A DNA stretch of 64,000 nt from Alphaproteobacteria bacterium (GCA_965216755.1 CBDCGL010000011.1:1408001-1472000); one strand, 5' to 3'. Counted from the first letter of the stretch, positions 40,396-51,202 are shown. Notes: a model not told the origin generated them from the sequence alone. Numbers and translations: made by a program.

Positions 40396-40861
40396 TTTCC
40401 CGTTAGCTCCCAACGCCTTACGCCTCAACGCATGTGCATTGCCGGGGCAGTAACCGCCAAGGCTTGGCATATCCCCGTATGTCTACAGATCACAGGCCCA
40501 ATCAGGCCGAAATCAGCATGCCCGACCTGCCAGCACGCGGATGCGATCGCGGTCACAACGGTACCTTTTGCCACAGTTATGGCGGATTATTGCTGTCAAA
40601 CAAAGGTTTGGCACGTCGGCCCGGTCACACCGACGTATTGTGCGTCACATCCATTGTCACCGATTGCGCATGACGAAGTTCAATGTCGATTGCGGCAGTG
40701 CAATAAAGCGTCTTGCCCAAAGTTGTAAGACATCAATCAGGCATGCAGCTGTCACAACCTTTGAAACAAAAGTAAATCACGCACCGTATTGTTTGCTTCT
40801 GTCATCCCCCCCATATCCAAAAGGTGCGTTGGCATCTTTATCAAACTTTCGGGTCGTAACA

Positions 40862-42796
40862 ATGGACGTCTTCGATCTCTTCTCATCGATTTACAGCCAG
40901 GAGAAGCAGGAAGAACTCACGCTGAAGGACTATCTGCTTGCCTGCCGCGAAGATCCGATGATGTACGCCACGGCGGCGGAACGGATGATTGCCGCAATCG
41001 GAGAGGCGGAAGTTATCGATACCAGTCCGGACCCAAGATTGGGCCGAATCTTCCTCAACCGGACCATCAAACGGTACCCGGCATTTCACGATTTTTATGG
41101 CATGGAAGACACAATCGAGCGGATTGTGGGCTATTTCCAGTACGCTGCACAGGGCCTAGAAGAGCGTAAACAGATTCTTTACTTACTGGGTCCCGTCGGC
41201 GGCGGCAAATCGTCTTTGGCCGAACGCCTCAAGCAATTGATGGAAATTCATCCGGTGTATGTCCTGAAGGCCGGAGACCAGATCAGCCCGGTGTTCGAGT
41301 CACCCCTGGGCTTGTTCAACCCGGACCGCATGGCCGATTTGCTTGAGGAAAAATATGGCATTGCCCGGCGCCGCCTGACCGGATTGATGTCGCCATGGGC
41401 GATCAAGCGCCTCGATGAATTCGGCGGCGATATCTCCAAGTTTACGGTCGTCAAACTGCAACCGTCGAAATTGCGACAGGTCTGTATCGCAAAAACCGAG
41501 CCCGGTGATGAGAACAATCAGGATATCTCAGCGTTGGTCGGCAAGATCGACATTCGCAAGTTGGAACATTTCAGCCAAAACGATCCGGACGCCTATAGCT
41601 TCTCTGGCGGTCTGAATCGAACCAGCCAGGGCCTGCTGGAATTCGTCGAAATGTTCAAGGCACCGATCAAGGTCTTGCATCCCCTGCTCACGGCAACGCA
41701 GGAGGGCAACTATCTGGGTACCGAAAGCTTCGGCGCCTTCCCCTATCAAGGTATCGTCTTGGCGCATTCCAACGAAGCGGAATGGCAGCAGTTCAAGAAC
41801 AATCGTAACAACGAGGCGTTTCTTGACCGCATCTGCGTAATCAAGGTTCCCTACTGCCTACGAGTTACCGAAGAATCGCAGATTTACGAGAAACTGTTGC
41901 ACAATAGCGAGTTGGGCGACTCCCAGTGTTCACCCGGTGTGCTCGATTTGTTGGCGCGCTTTTGTGTTCTCACCCGTTTGCGTGAGCACGAGAATTCGAC
42001 GCTCTATTCGAAAATGCGCGTCTATGACGGCGAGAACCTAAAAGACACGGATCCCAAAGCGAAGTCGATGCAGGAATACCGCGACGCCGCTGGTGTCGAC
42101 GAAGCAATGACCGGTGTCAGTACGCGCTTCGCTTTCAAAGTGCTGTCTGAGACCTTTAACTATGACATCAACGAAGTCGCCGCGGATCCGGTGCATCTGA
42201 TGTATGTGCTGGAGCAGGCGGTCAAGCGCGAGCAGTTCCCCGAGGAAACGGAGAACCGCTATCTTGATTTCCTGAAATCGGAGTTGAGCCCACGATATGC
42301 CGAGTTCATCGGCCACGAAATACAGAAAGCCTACCTGGAATCATACTCCGAATACGGTCAAAATCTGTTCGACCGCTACATCGCCTATGCCGACGCGTGG
42401 ATCGAGGAACAGGACTACAAAGATCCCGACACGGGTCAAATCTTCGACCGGCAGGTCCTCGACGCTGAGCTGTCGAAAATCGAAAAACCGGCCGGCATCG
42501 CAAATCCAAAGGATTTCCGTAACGAAGTCGTCAAGTTCGCCTTGCGTGCCCGGGCCAACCACAAAGGCAAGAACCCGCACTGGACAAGCTACGAAAAGAT
42601 GAAGGACGTCATCGAAAAACGCATGTTCAGCCAGGTTGAAGACCTCTTGCCCGTAATCAGTTTCGGCACGAAGAAAGATAGCCAAACCGATAAGCAGCAT
42701 ACCGAATTTGTCAGCCGGATGACGGGGCGCGGCTACACCGAACGCCAAGTCCGCCGGCTTGTCGAATGGTACATGCGCGTGAATAAGGCCGGGTAG
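40862..42796 (+). CDS. prkA: PrkA/YeaG family AAA+ serine protein kinase
   Basis: FYGMED, GPVGGGKSS Walker A, EFVEMFKAP, HSNE, GYTERQVRRL. Confidence 0.95.
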   Translation: MDVFDLFSSIYSQEKQEELTLKDYLLACREDPMMYATAAERMIAAIGEAEVIDTSPDPRLGRIFLNRTIKRYPAFHDFYGMEDTIERIVGYFQYAAQGLEERKQILYLLGPVGGGKSSLAERLKQLMEIHPVYVLKAGDQISPVFESPLGLFNPDRMADLLEEKYGIARRRLTGLMSPWAIKRLDEFGGDISKFTVVKLQPSKLRQVCIAKTEPGDENNQDISALVGKIDIRKLEHFSQNDPDAYSFSGGLNRTSQGLLEFVEMFKAPIKVLHPLLTATQEGNYLGTESFGAFPYQGIVLAHSNEAEWQQFKNNRNNEAFLDRICVIKVPYCLRVTEESQIYEKLLHNSELGDSQCSPGVLDLLARFCVLTRLREHENSTLYSKMRVYDGENLKDTDPKAKSMQEYRDAAGVDEAMTGVSTRFAFKVLSETFNYDINEVAADPVHLMYVLEQAVKREQFPEETENRYLDFLKSELSPRYAEFIGHEIQKAYLESYSEYGQNLFDRYIAYADAWIEEQDYKDPDTGQIFDRQVLDAELSKIEKPAGIANPKDFRNEVVKFALRARANHKGKNPHWTSYEKMKDVIEKRMFSQVEDLLPVISFGTKKDSQTDKQHTEFVSRMTGRGYTERQVRRLVEWYMRVNKAG

Positions 42797-42823
42797 TGCC
42801 CGCCTCGCCGCGGAGACACTGAG

Positions 42824-44137
42824 ATGTCCCATTTCATAGATCGACGGCTGAACCCCAAAGACAAGAGCCTAGGAAATCGCCAGCGATTCATGCGGCGGGC
42901 GCACGCCCAAATCAAGGAAGTGGTCAATCGGTCGGTCAAAGGCCGCAACGTTTCCAATATTGATACCGGCGAAACAATCAAAATCCCGACCAAGGGCATA
43001 GGCGAACCGCGCTTCCACAATGCGCCCACCGGCGGCTATCGACAACGCGTCTTTACCGGCAATCGCGAATTCGTCACCGGCGACACCCTGCCAAAACCGC
43101 CCGAGTCCGGCGGCAATGGCGGTGGCAAGGAAGGCAGCGACCAGGGCGAAGGTGAAGATGCCTTTGAATTTGCCCTCACGCGCGATGAGTTCCTCGACAT
43201 CTTCTTCGAAGACTTGTCTTTGCCCGACCTTGTCAAGACCAGCCTAAGAGAAGTCACGACCTACAAAATGCGCCGCGCCGGATTTACGGTGACCGGCACA
43301 ACCGCGAATATCAACGTGTTGCGCACCATGCGGAACAGTTACGGGCGTCGGCTTGCATTGCGCCGGCCAAATCCGGACGACATCGCCGAGCTCCAGGAAA
43401 AGATCATCCAACTTGAGGCCGTCGAATCACCCACCGAGACGCAAGCGCGTACGCTTTCCGCGCTTCGCGAAGAGCTCGAACGGCTCGAACGGAAATGGCG
43501 CACTGTGCCTTTCATCGATCCGCTCGACATTCGCTACAACAATCTGCAGCCGTTTCCCGAGCCCAACACCAACGCCGTCATGTTTTGCTTGATGGACGTG
43601 TCTGGCTCGATGGGCGAACGTGAAAAGGATCTCGCGAAACGTTTCTTTATGCTGCTGCACCTCTTTTTGCAGCGCCGCTACGAACGAATTGACATCGTCT
43701 TTATTCGCCACACGCACGAAGCGCAAGAAGTCGACGAAGAGACATTTTTCTACAGCCGGGAAACCGGCGGCACCGTCGTCAGTACGGCCTTGGTCGAGAT
43801 GCTGAAGATCGTGCGCGCGCGCTATCCCACCAACGAATGGAACATTTACGCGGCCCAGGCTTCTGACGGCGACAACTATTCGGGTGACGGCCAGCGCTGT
43901 ACGTCGCTGCTGGGGCAAGAAATCATGCCCCTTTGCCAATATTATGCCTATGTCGAGATTTTGGACGAGCGTGAACTTGAGATATTCCGGGGCTCCCACA
44001 ATGGCGCCGCGCTATGGCGGGCTTACCGCCCCGTCGTGGACGATTGGGCGAACTTCGCCATGAAACGGATTGCGCGCCCAAGCGACATTTATCCGGTGTT
44101 CCGCGAGCTGTTCGCGCGAGACAGGGAGAAGAGCTAA
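42824..44137 (+). CDS. yeaH: YeaH/YhbH family protein
   Basis: IDRRLNPKDKS, FCLMDVSGSM, GGTVVS, QASDGDN; follows prkA. Confidence 0.93.
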   Translation: MSHFIDRRLNPKDKSLGNRQRFMRRAHAQIKEVVNRSVKGRNVSNIDTGETIKIPTKGIGEPRFHNAPTGGYRQRVFTGNREFVTGDTLPKPPESGGNGGGKEGSDQGEGEDAFEFALTRDEFLDIFFEDLSLPDLVKTSLREVTTYKMRRAGFTVTGTTANINVLRTMRNSYGRRLALRRPNPDDIAELQEKIIQLEAVESPTETQARTLSALREELERLERKWRTVPFIDPLDIRYNNLQPFPEPNTNAVMFCLMDVSGSMGEREKDLAKRFFMLLHLFLQRRYERIDIVFIRHTHEAQEVDEETFFYSRETGGTVVSTALVEMLKIVRARYPTNEWNIYAAQASDGDNYSGDGQRCTSLLGQEIMPLCQYYAYVEILDERELEIFRGSHNGAALWRAYRPVVDDWANFAMKRIARPSDIYPVFRELFARDREKS

Positions 44138-44208
44138 ACCGAAATCGGATTTCCTTCCAGACATAGGCCGATCACTAAAACAACGCATGATGGAACGCAG
44201 GGCTTAGC

Positions 44209-45744
44209 ATGGCACGAAGGGCAAGACGAAAATTATTGTTCGACGGATCCGAATGGGACTTTGACACCCTTCGCAAGACCTATGACGCCATCAATGACGT
44301 GGCGGTCAACGATTTAGGCTTGGACATCTACCCCAACCAAATAGAAATCATCTCTTCTGAACAGATGTTGGACGCCTACTCATCAATTGGCATGCCATTG
44401 ATGTATCGACATTGGTCTTATGGCAAGCATTTCGTACGCGATGAAAAAATGTATCGAAAGGGCTTCGCGGGGCTCGCCTATGAGATCGTGATCAATTCCA
44501 ATCCCTGCATCAGCTACAACATGGAAGAAAACACGATGCCGATGCAGGCATTGGTTATGGCCCACGCCGCCTTTGGGCACAATCATTTTTTCAAGAATAA
44601 TTACTTGTTTAAACAGTGGACTGATGCCGAAGGTATCCTCGATTATTTGAACTTCGCCAAGAACTACGTCGCCAAGTGCGAAGAGAGCCACGGCTTTGAC
44701 GCGGTCGAGGAAACGCTCGATGCCGCGCACGCCCTCATGGATCACAGCGTGTTCCGCTATCGGCGGCCGCCGAAATTGAACCTCAAGGAACAGCAGGCGA
44801 AGGAACGCGAACGACGCGACTACGAAGAACGCACATTTAGCGATATATGGCGGACCTTGCCGAAACACGGCAACAATGAAAAAGATATTGCGGCCGAAGA
44901 AATAGAAAAACAAAAGAGAAAACTAAACCTGCCGCAAGAAAATCTTTTGTACATGATCGAATCGCACAGCCCAATTTTGGAAGATTGGCAGCGCGAAATC
45001 ATTCGTATAGTCCGAAATATCTCACAATATTTCTATCCACAAAAACAAACGAAAATAATGAATGAAGGGTGCGCGACGTTTGTTCATTATTATATCTTGA
45101 ATACACTTTACGACCGAGGCCAGATCACTGAAGGCGCCATGTTGGAAATCATTCATAGCCACTCAAACGTGGTCGCCCAACCGGATTTCGACGACCCTCG
45201 CTATCGCGGTCTAAATCCATATGCTCTGGGTTTTAGTATGATGCGGGACATTCGACGCATCTGTACCGACCCAACGGCGGAAGACCGTGATTGGTTTCCC
45301 GATATCGCCGGTTGTCAGGATTGGCGCAGTGCTCTAAAGGACGCATGGGCAAATTACCGCGATGAGTCGTTTATCCGCCAATTCCTCAGCCCCAATCTCA
45401 TGCGCGAAATGAGGATGTTTGTTCTCACTGACGATCCAGAGGAAAGCCACTTCACCGTTGGCCCAATCCATGACGAACGTGGCTTCGAGGAACTCAGACG
45501 CACCGTCGCACATTCGTTCGACTTGTCGATCCGCGAACCAGACATTCAAGTTGTCGACGTCGATTTGCTTGGTGACCGTCAACTTGTGCTTCATCATGTG
45601 GTACGCAACGGGATTCCTCTGGATGAAAAAGACCGAGACCAAGTCCTGCGCCATATTCGGCGCCTATGGGGCTATGGCGTGACGCTCATTGGAATCTCGG
45701 ACAAGTCCGGCGAAACCGTCTACGAAACCAAGCTCGCGGCCTAA
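44209..45744 (+). CDS. spoVR: SpoVR/YcgB family protein
   Basis: HWSYGK, AYEIVINS, GHNHFFKNN, TKIMNEGCA, NPYALGF. Confidence 0.93.
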   Translation: MARRARRKLLFDGSEWDFDTLRKTYDAINDVAVNDLGLDIYPNQIEIISSEQMLDAYSSIGMPLMYRHWSYGKHFVRDEKMYRKGFAGLAYEIVINSNPCISYNMEENTMPMQALVMAHAAFGHNHFFKNNYLFKQWTDAEGILDYLNFAKNYVAKCEESHGFDAVEETLDAAHALMDHSVFRYRRPPKLNLKEQQAKERERRDYEERTFSDIWRTLPKHGNNEKDIAAEEIEKQKRKLNLPQENLLYMIESHSPILEDWQREIIRIVRNISQYFYPQKQTKIMNEGCATFVHYYILNTLYDRGQITEGAMLEIIHSHSNVVAQPDFDDPRYRGLNPYALGFSMMRDIRRICTDPTAEDRDWFPDIAGCQDWRSALKDAWANYRDESFIRQFLSPNLMREMRMFVLTDDPEESHFTVGPIHDERGFEELRRTVAHSFDLSIREPDIQVVDVDLLGDRQLVLHHVVRNGIPLDEKDRDQVLRHIRRLWGYGVTLIGISDKSGETVYETKLAA

Positions 45745-45979
45745 GCACTGCCCTCTTGCGCGCCCCGGTCGCAAAACAGCACATCGGAAGCCACCCGTTC
45801 GATCGGAGCCGTCGACCGGAGTGCCTGATCCAGTACCACGAATCGCATGATCGAACAGGCCACTTGATCCAATTTAGTGAGGGTGCGGCGATCCTGACGT
45901 GAGATAAGGTTGGTGAGGTTATGTGACCGCCGACGCTATCATTTGCGTACAGATGCTTACCAGGGGCCCCGCCACACTG

Positions 45980-46480
45980 ATGTTCACCCACTTGTTGCGA
46001 TTTCCACTGGTCGTTGTCTGCGCGCTGGGCACGCATATTGCCAGCGCCGAGGAAGATATTCTGCAAATCGATCCGGAGCTGGAAACAAGCGGCTCCGTGT
46101 TGGTCTTGCCGGTCCTGGATCCGGCCCGAGGTCGGGAATTGTTTGTGACCAAGGGCTGTGTCGTATGCCACGCCATAAACGGTGTTGGTGGTAAGGCGAT
46201 CAGCGACTTGGGCGGTGAACCGGGACCAAGTTTGGAGGCGGCGAAGCTCGGTCCGCGCCCGGATCCCTTCGATTTCTTCGCAAAGATGTGGCGCGGCGCG
46301 CGCCAGATGATTGATTTTCAGGAACAGCAACTGGGCTATCAAATTGGCCTGCGCGGCGACGAGATCGCCGACATGATGGCCTTTCTGTACGATCAAGCCG
46401 AACAGGACAAATTCACCGCCGAGAGCTTCACGCCACCAATCTTCTGGTATCGGACACCAGTCGATGACGATACCAACTGA
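45980..46480 (+). CDS. exported c-type cytochrome
   Basis: Signal peptide, GRELF-x-x-KGCVVCH, GPSL, Met candidates (KMW, RQM). Confidence 0.8.
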   Translation: MFTHLLRFPLVVVCALGTHIASAEEDILQIDPELETSGSVLVLPVLDPARGRELFVTKGCVVCHAINGVGGKAISDLGGEPGPSLEAAKLGPRPDPFDFFAKMWRGARQMIDFQEQQLGYQIGLRGDEIADMMAFLYDQAEQDKFTAESFTPPIFWYRTPVDDDTN

Positions 46481-47891
46481 GACGAGGCGCGATACCGGTA
46501 GATCCGTATCCCGTTGGGGCTGCTTCTTATGGGTGCTGACCGCGGCAATGCTTATCCTGTGGACATTGGCACCGGTCGGCGCAGAACCGACCGACCGCAC
46601 CACTGAGGGCGTCTGGTCGGAGCTCGACGCCAACAATAACGTTCGGCTCAAGATCCACTTTTTCTGGGCAATCGGATGCCCCTACTGCAAGAAAGAGCGC
46701 GCCTTTCTAGACGACTTGGTGAACCAATATTCGTGGCTTGACGTCGTCGACTATGAGGTCAGCAAGAATCGCGACAATGTCAAGAGATTGCTTCAAATGG
46801 CAAAAAATGCTGGAGGTAGCACGTCACTGGTGCCGACGTCTTTTGTTTGCGGGCAAATGACGGTCGGCTATCAGTCAGATGAGATTACCGGCGAAACATT
46901 GCACCGGCAAGCTGTCAACTGCTATGCGCGGCTATTGGCATCTGGACCATCAAGCGCGGAAATCGGCGCCTCGGCGGCCGACACGCCGCCCCCGCCCATT
47001 GATTTGCCATTGCTTGGCCAATTCGAGACTGCATCGGCATCGATACCTGTCCTCACAGTTGCCATTGCAACAGTTGACGCATTCAATCCATGTGGGTTGT
47101 TCGTGCTGTTGATGTTGATGAGCATGATGATCCGCGCGCATAGTCGTGCGCACATGTTGGCGATTGGTGCGACTTTCGTGCTGACGTGGGCGGCGATGTA
47201 CTTCCTTTTGATGAGTGCATGGCTGAGTCTATTTGACTATGTCGGCGATATCACGCTGATTACGACGGTCGCGGGCCTCACTGTGTTGGTGATGGCTGCG
47301 CTCAATTTCAAAGACTATATGGGCGTCAAGCGCGGACCAACCCTGTCGATGAGCGCGCGCGCCAAGTCTGGCCTGTTCGCGCGCATGGGCGGACTGAGTC
47401 ATCGTGCAGTAGAGGCGAAAAGCGGTGCGGACGCCGCGCATTCGGGTCCGGTGCGCGCAGCAGCCATGGCACCGATGATCGTGGGCACGATGGCTTTGAC
47501 TTTGTCGGCTGGTGGTTACGCCTTGTTGTGCACGACAGGCTTTGCCATGACGTACACACGTGCCCTTACGCTGCACGACTTGCCCGCGTTTCAATACTTT
47601 CTCTATTTGGGTTTCTATGTTGGCATTTACATGATTCCAATGTCCCTGATCGTCGTCGCCTTTACCGCCACGCTTGGATCAAGAAAACTAAAAGAATCAG
47701 AAGGGCGCGCCTTAAAATTATTATCGGGCATTATGTTAGCCAGTTTGGGTGTCATCCTGGTTACGACGCCCGATTTACTGAAGAATCCGCTCATTGTGGT
47801 CGCTATCATGGTGGCCGCCATTGTGATTACCGCGATTATTACCAATACCGAATCGGTCATCAAGAGTCGGCCCAAAGCCCACCAACCGTGA
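46464..47891 (+). CDS. thioredoxin/glutaredoxin-like CPYC domain fused to a CcdA/DsbD-like membrane domain
   Basis: N-terminal hydrophobic segment, GCPYC, then a multi-TM region with DAFNPC and LLCT cysteines. Confidence 0.75.
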   Translation: MTIPTETRRDTGRSVSRWGCFLWVLTAAMLILWTLAPVGAEPTDRTTEGVWSELDANNNVRLKIHFFWAIGCPYCKKERAFLDDLVNQYSWLDVVDYEVSKNRDNVKRLLQMAKNAGGSTSLVPTSFVCGQMTVGYQSDEITGETLHRQAVNCYARLLASGPSSAEIGASAADTPPPPIDLPLLGQFETASASIPVLTVAIATVDAFNPCGLFVLLMLMSMMIRAHSRAHMLAIGATFVLTWAAMYFLLMSAWLSLFDYVGDITLITTVAGLTVLVMAALNFKDYMGVKRGPTLSMSARAKSGLFARMGGLSHRAVEAKSGADAAHSGPVRAAAMAPMIVGTMALTLSAGGYALLCTTGFAMTYTRALTLHDLPAFQYFLYLGFYVGIYMIPMSLIVVAFTATLGSRKLKESEGRALKLLSGIMLASLGVILVTTPDLLKNPLIVVAIMVAAIVITAIITNTESVIKSRPKAHQP

Positions 47892-47929
47892 CAATCACAC
47901 GATTCCCGATGTTTCAGGAGTTCGACATC

Positions 47930-48277
47930 ATGACGCGCATTTCCTTCTTGTTGGCTCTTGTCCTTGCGTTTGCTGGGCAAGCCGCGGCCAGCGAGCAATT
48001 CACGTTGGACAACTATGAACGGATGAAGAGCTCCGATCGGCAAACGCTGGGCATGATTTTGGGCGCGATGTACGAAACCGCGGTCTATGCCCAAGGCGCC
48101 ATCGAACATCCTGAATTCTGTTTTACGCCGGTCCCCATACCAAGCGCCGAGTTGATCGCGTTCGTCGACGACGAAGTTGCCTCACCGACCGGCAGCCTCG
48201 GGCGCGAGTACACGGGCAACGATCACGTCGCGCTCGTCCTGGTCAATGCTTTGCAAAACCAGGATGTCTGCCGCTAA
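47930..48277 (+). CDS. small exported protein, possibly Rap1a/Tai-like
   Basis: Signal peptide; FC-x-x-P ... LV-x-AL ... C pattern; AGGAG RBS. Confidence 0.55.
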   Translation: MTRISFLLALVLAFAGQAAASEQFTLDNYERMKSSDRQTLGMILGAMYETAVYAQGAIEHPEFCFTPVPIPSAELIAFVDDEVASPTGSLGREYTGNDHVALVLVNALQNQDVCR

Positions 48278-48312
48278 GCGCAATGCTGCACCAGAATGCA
48301 GGACCACTGGAG

Positions 48313-48665
48313 CTAGGCCCCACGCACCGAAGAAACAAACGCGTCGACTTTGGCACGCAGCAATTGACGTTGTTCAGCAACGCGCTTGGCGGCGTTGACG
48401 GTCAGGCTTGAGGTATTTTGGATTTCTCTGGTGGCCTCAGACACGTGCATGACACTTGCCAAGACTTCTTGGCGGCATATCGAACGTTTGCCGGATCCGT
48501 CCAAGTCACGCACAGCGCATCAAGCTCTGCGTACAACGAATTGGTGTCAGACCAAACATTCACCCTTCGGTTTCGCATACAAGATAGTCGGTGAACATCC
48601 CGCCATCACTCGATCGCGGATCTTGAGGGTCGGCACGCGTAAACTTCCCGCGAGCATTGTACCGG
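48313..48665 (-). pseudogene. degenerate methyl-accepting chemotaxis protein remnant
   Basis: C-terminus VNAAKRVAEQRQLLRAKVDAFVSSVRGA resembles alphaproteobacterial MCP ends; upstream fragment LKIRDRVMAG resembles an MCP N-terminus; the middle is missing. Confidence 0.45.
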
Positions 48666-48961
48666 GCGTATTGACCGCGGGCGCTAGGTTTGCGTGGTGG
48701 TCGTTTGGCGACGGATTTTGCTGAGCATTGTCTGTACTCACCCGATTGAGTCCGCACGGCCCGAATCGCTTGTTTGAGTCCTGGGCCGTTGGTTTGCGTG
48801 CAAACGAATCGATTGCGATGTACAGCGTGCAAGCTCTCGTTTTTCAGAACCGATCACATGGTCCGCGGTATCAAGTCAAAGAAAACACCGCTGACGACCA
48901 ACGGCAGCAATCTTGCCACAGATTCCGCAACACTCGTAACGGTCGTTCGCAATCGCAGAAT

Positions 48962-48977
48962 GTTAATTAATGGTTGA
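48962..48977 (-). promoter_or_regulatory. CtrA-box-like site
   Basis: Minus strand TCAA-CCATTAA-TTAAC, one mismatch to TTAA-N7-TTAAC, in an AT-rich patch upstream of the MCP remnant. Confidence 0.4.
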
Positions 48978-49040
48978 TAAATACTCAAAAATCAACCTGT
49001 GGATGAATTCGTCGCCCCAGACCCACTTATTGGTCAGAAT

Positions 49041-50228
49041 TCAGGCGGGCACCAGTCGCGCCAGGGCGTCAATGGCGGCCTGAACGCCGCCGCGCCCATG
49101 TGGAATTTCAAGCGCGGCAAGGCCAATTTCGACGGCAGAGAGCGCGCCGAGGATCATCGGCGCGTTTACGTGGCCCATGTGGGCGATACGAAATGCGCGG
49201 CCGTTGAGATCGCCAATCCCAATTCCCAGCACCACGCCACATTTCTCCCGGCAATATTCAAGCAGTTGGTTCGGTGATCGGTCGCCGTTTGTTACGATTG
49301 TCGTGACCGCGTCAGCCCGTTCGCGATCGGCAATGATGTTAAAGGCAAGCGCATTGCCCTCGGTCCAGCAAGCGACGGCGTGTCGGACGGCGCACGCCAA
49401 CAACGCGTGCCGCTGATACACACAATCCATGCCCTCATCAAACAGCAAGTCCAATGATTTCCGCAGGGCGAACAGCAAATGCTCGGGCGGCGTGCCGCAA
49501 TATTTCATGTAGTGCTCATCACCGTCGCGTGCAGTCCAATCCCAATAGCGACTGCGCAGATTGGCACGTTGATGCGCGCCCTGAGCGCGTTGGCCGGCCG
49601 CGACGAAACTCAGCCCGGGCATCATCATGAGACCTTTCTGCGACGCTGCGACGGCGACGTCCACGCCCCAAGCATCCATTTCAAAGGGGACGACCGCCAG
49701 CGATGCGACCACATCGACCATTAACAGGGCATCATGACCAGCCGCGTCGATCGCCTCTCTGATCGCCGGGATATCGTTTACTACGCCGGATGCCGTGTCG
49801 ACTTGCACCACCAACACGGCTTTTATCTCACCGGATTTGTCATCCCGCAGGCGCGCTTCCAAGGCCGCCGGATCGACCGCCCGACGCCAGTCGCCCGGAA
49901 TGCGGTCCACCGTGATGCCCAGCATTGCCGCCATTTCGCCCCAACCGTGCGCAAAGCGACCACTCTCCAGCACCAAGATTCGATCACCCCGTGACAATAC
50001 ATTGCTCAAGGCGGCCTCCCACGCGCCGTGGCCATTGGCGGCATAGATGTAGGACCGGCCTTGCGTACAAAAAACCGTGCGCAAGTCCATCAGGCAACGA
50101 TCTGTCAGAGCAATTAGATCTCCTGCATAGATATCCACCGCCGGTTGATGCGCCGCGTTGAGAACGCTTTCCGGAACGGTCGTCGGCCCGGGAATACATA
50201 GAAATTGGCGGCCATTGCTTACTGTCAT
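49041..50228 (-). CDS. class V PLP-dependent aminotransferase (serine/alanine-glyoxylate type)
   Basis: IPGPT, NGHGAWEA, DTASG, VDVVAS, SQKGL, FRIAHMG. Confidence 0.92.
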   Translation of the reverse strand: MTVSNGRQFLCIPGPTTVPESVLNAAHQPAVDIYAGDLIALTDRCLMDLRTVFCTQGRSYIYAANGHGAWEAALSNVLSRGDRILVLESGRFAHGWGEMAAMLGITVDRIPGDWRRAVDPAALEARLRDDKSGEIKAVLVVQVDTASGVVNDIPAIREAIDAAGHDALLMVDVVASLAVVPFEMDAWGVDVAVAASQKGLMMMPGLSFVAAGQRAQGAHQRANLRSRYWDWTARDGDEHYMKYCGTPPEHLLFALRKSLDLLFDEGMDCVYQRHALLACAVRHAVACWTEGNALAFNIIADRERADAVTTIVTNGDRSPNQLLEYCREKCGVVLGIGIGDLNGRAFRIAHMGHVNAPMILGALSAVEIGLAALEIPHGRGGVQAAIDALARLVPA

Positions 50229-50413
50229 GTCCCGCGCTTCCTTCCACTACGCATTGCGTCGCGCGCGCAACAATACGAAAGAACGGCACCGTCGAACACC
50301 AACATTGCGGCCCAAAGGGTTCCCGTCGGCAGCACGTGTTTGTCTGGTGTACACTGTTGGCCAACGACAAAGTTTGACGACTGATAATACCAATCGAAGG
50401 AGCCACCGCGGCA

Positions 50414-51196
50414 ATGGAACTCGGACTGACTGGCAAAACTGCGTTGATCACCGGTGGATCAAAGGGCATTGGCCGCGCTATCGCCGATCGACTCGCAGAC
50501 GAGGGCTGTCACCTGCGCCTTGTGGCGCGTACAAAGCAGGACCTGGAGACGGCAAAAGCCGAGATTTCAGCGCGTTGTGATGTCAATGTGACGGTTCATC
50601 CGATCGATTTGAGCGATGGCGAGACGGCCCGGGGTTTGGCCAAGAATTGCTCTGACGTCGATATTCTGGTGAACAATGCCGGCGCCATACCAGGCGGTTC
50701 GCTATCTGATGTTGTCGAGCCACAATGGCGCGAGGCCTGGGATCTCAAAGTCTTTGGATATATCAATCTGTGCCGCGCATATTTCGAGAGTATGACCAAA
50801 CGTGGACATGGCGTCATCGTAAACATCATCGGCATGGCCGGCGAACGCCCTGACTTCAGCTATATCGCCGGGACGACGGGAAATGCGGGCCTTATGGCGT
50901 TCACGCGCGCTTTGGGCAGCCGCAGCATTGACAACGGCGTCCGTGTCGTTGGCGTCAATCCTGGATTGGTCGAAACAGAACGTATGGTCAAATTGCTGAA
51001 AAAGCGCGCTCAGGAGAATTTCGGCGATGAAACTCGATGGCAATCCCTGTTGGCCCCGCTGCCGCTTGGCCGCGCGGCAAACCCAGAGGAAGTCGCGGAC
51101 CTGGCCGTTTTTCTAGCCTCCGCCCGAGCCAGCTATATTACCGGCACGATATTCGAGATCGACGGTGGTGCCAGCGTACGCGGCGGCGTGTTTTAG
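50414..51196 (+). CDS. SDR family oxidoreductase with atypical catalytic motif
   Basis: TGGSKGIG, NNAG; GTTGN at the position where YxxxK is expected. Confidence 0.88.
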   Translation: MELGLTGKTALITGGSKGIGRAIADRLADEGCHLRLVARTKQDLETAKAEISARCDVNVTVHPIDLSDGETARGLAKNCSDVDILVNNAGAIPGGSLSDVVEPQWREAWDLKVFGYINLCRAYFESMTKRGHGVIVNIIGMAGERPDFSYIAGTTGNAGLMAFTRALGSRSIDNGVRVVGVNPGLVETERMVKLLKKRAQENFGDETRWQSLLAPLPLGRAANPEEVADLAVFLASARASYITGTIFEIDGGASVRGGVF

Positions 51197-51202
51197 CAGC
51201 GC

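Noticed and set aside
40862-45744. prkA-yeaH-spoVR as a novel system or sporulation marker
   Set aside because: Well-known, widespread trio in non-sporulating bacteria
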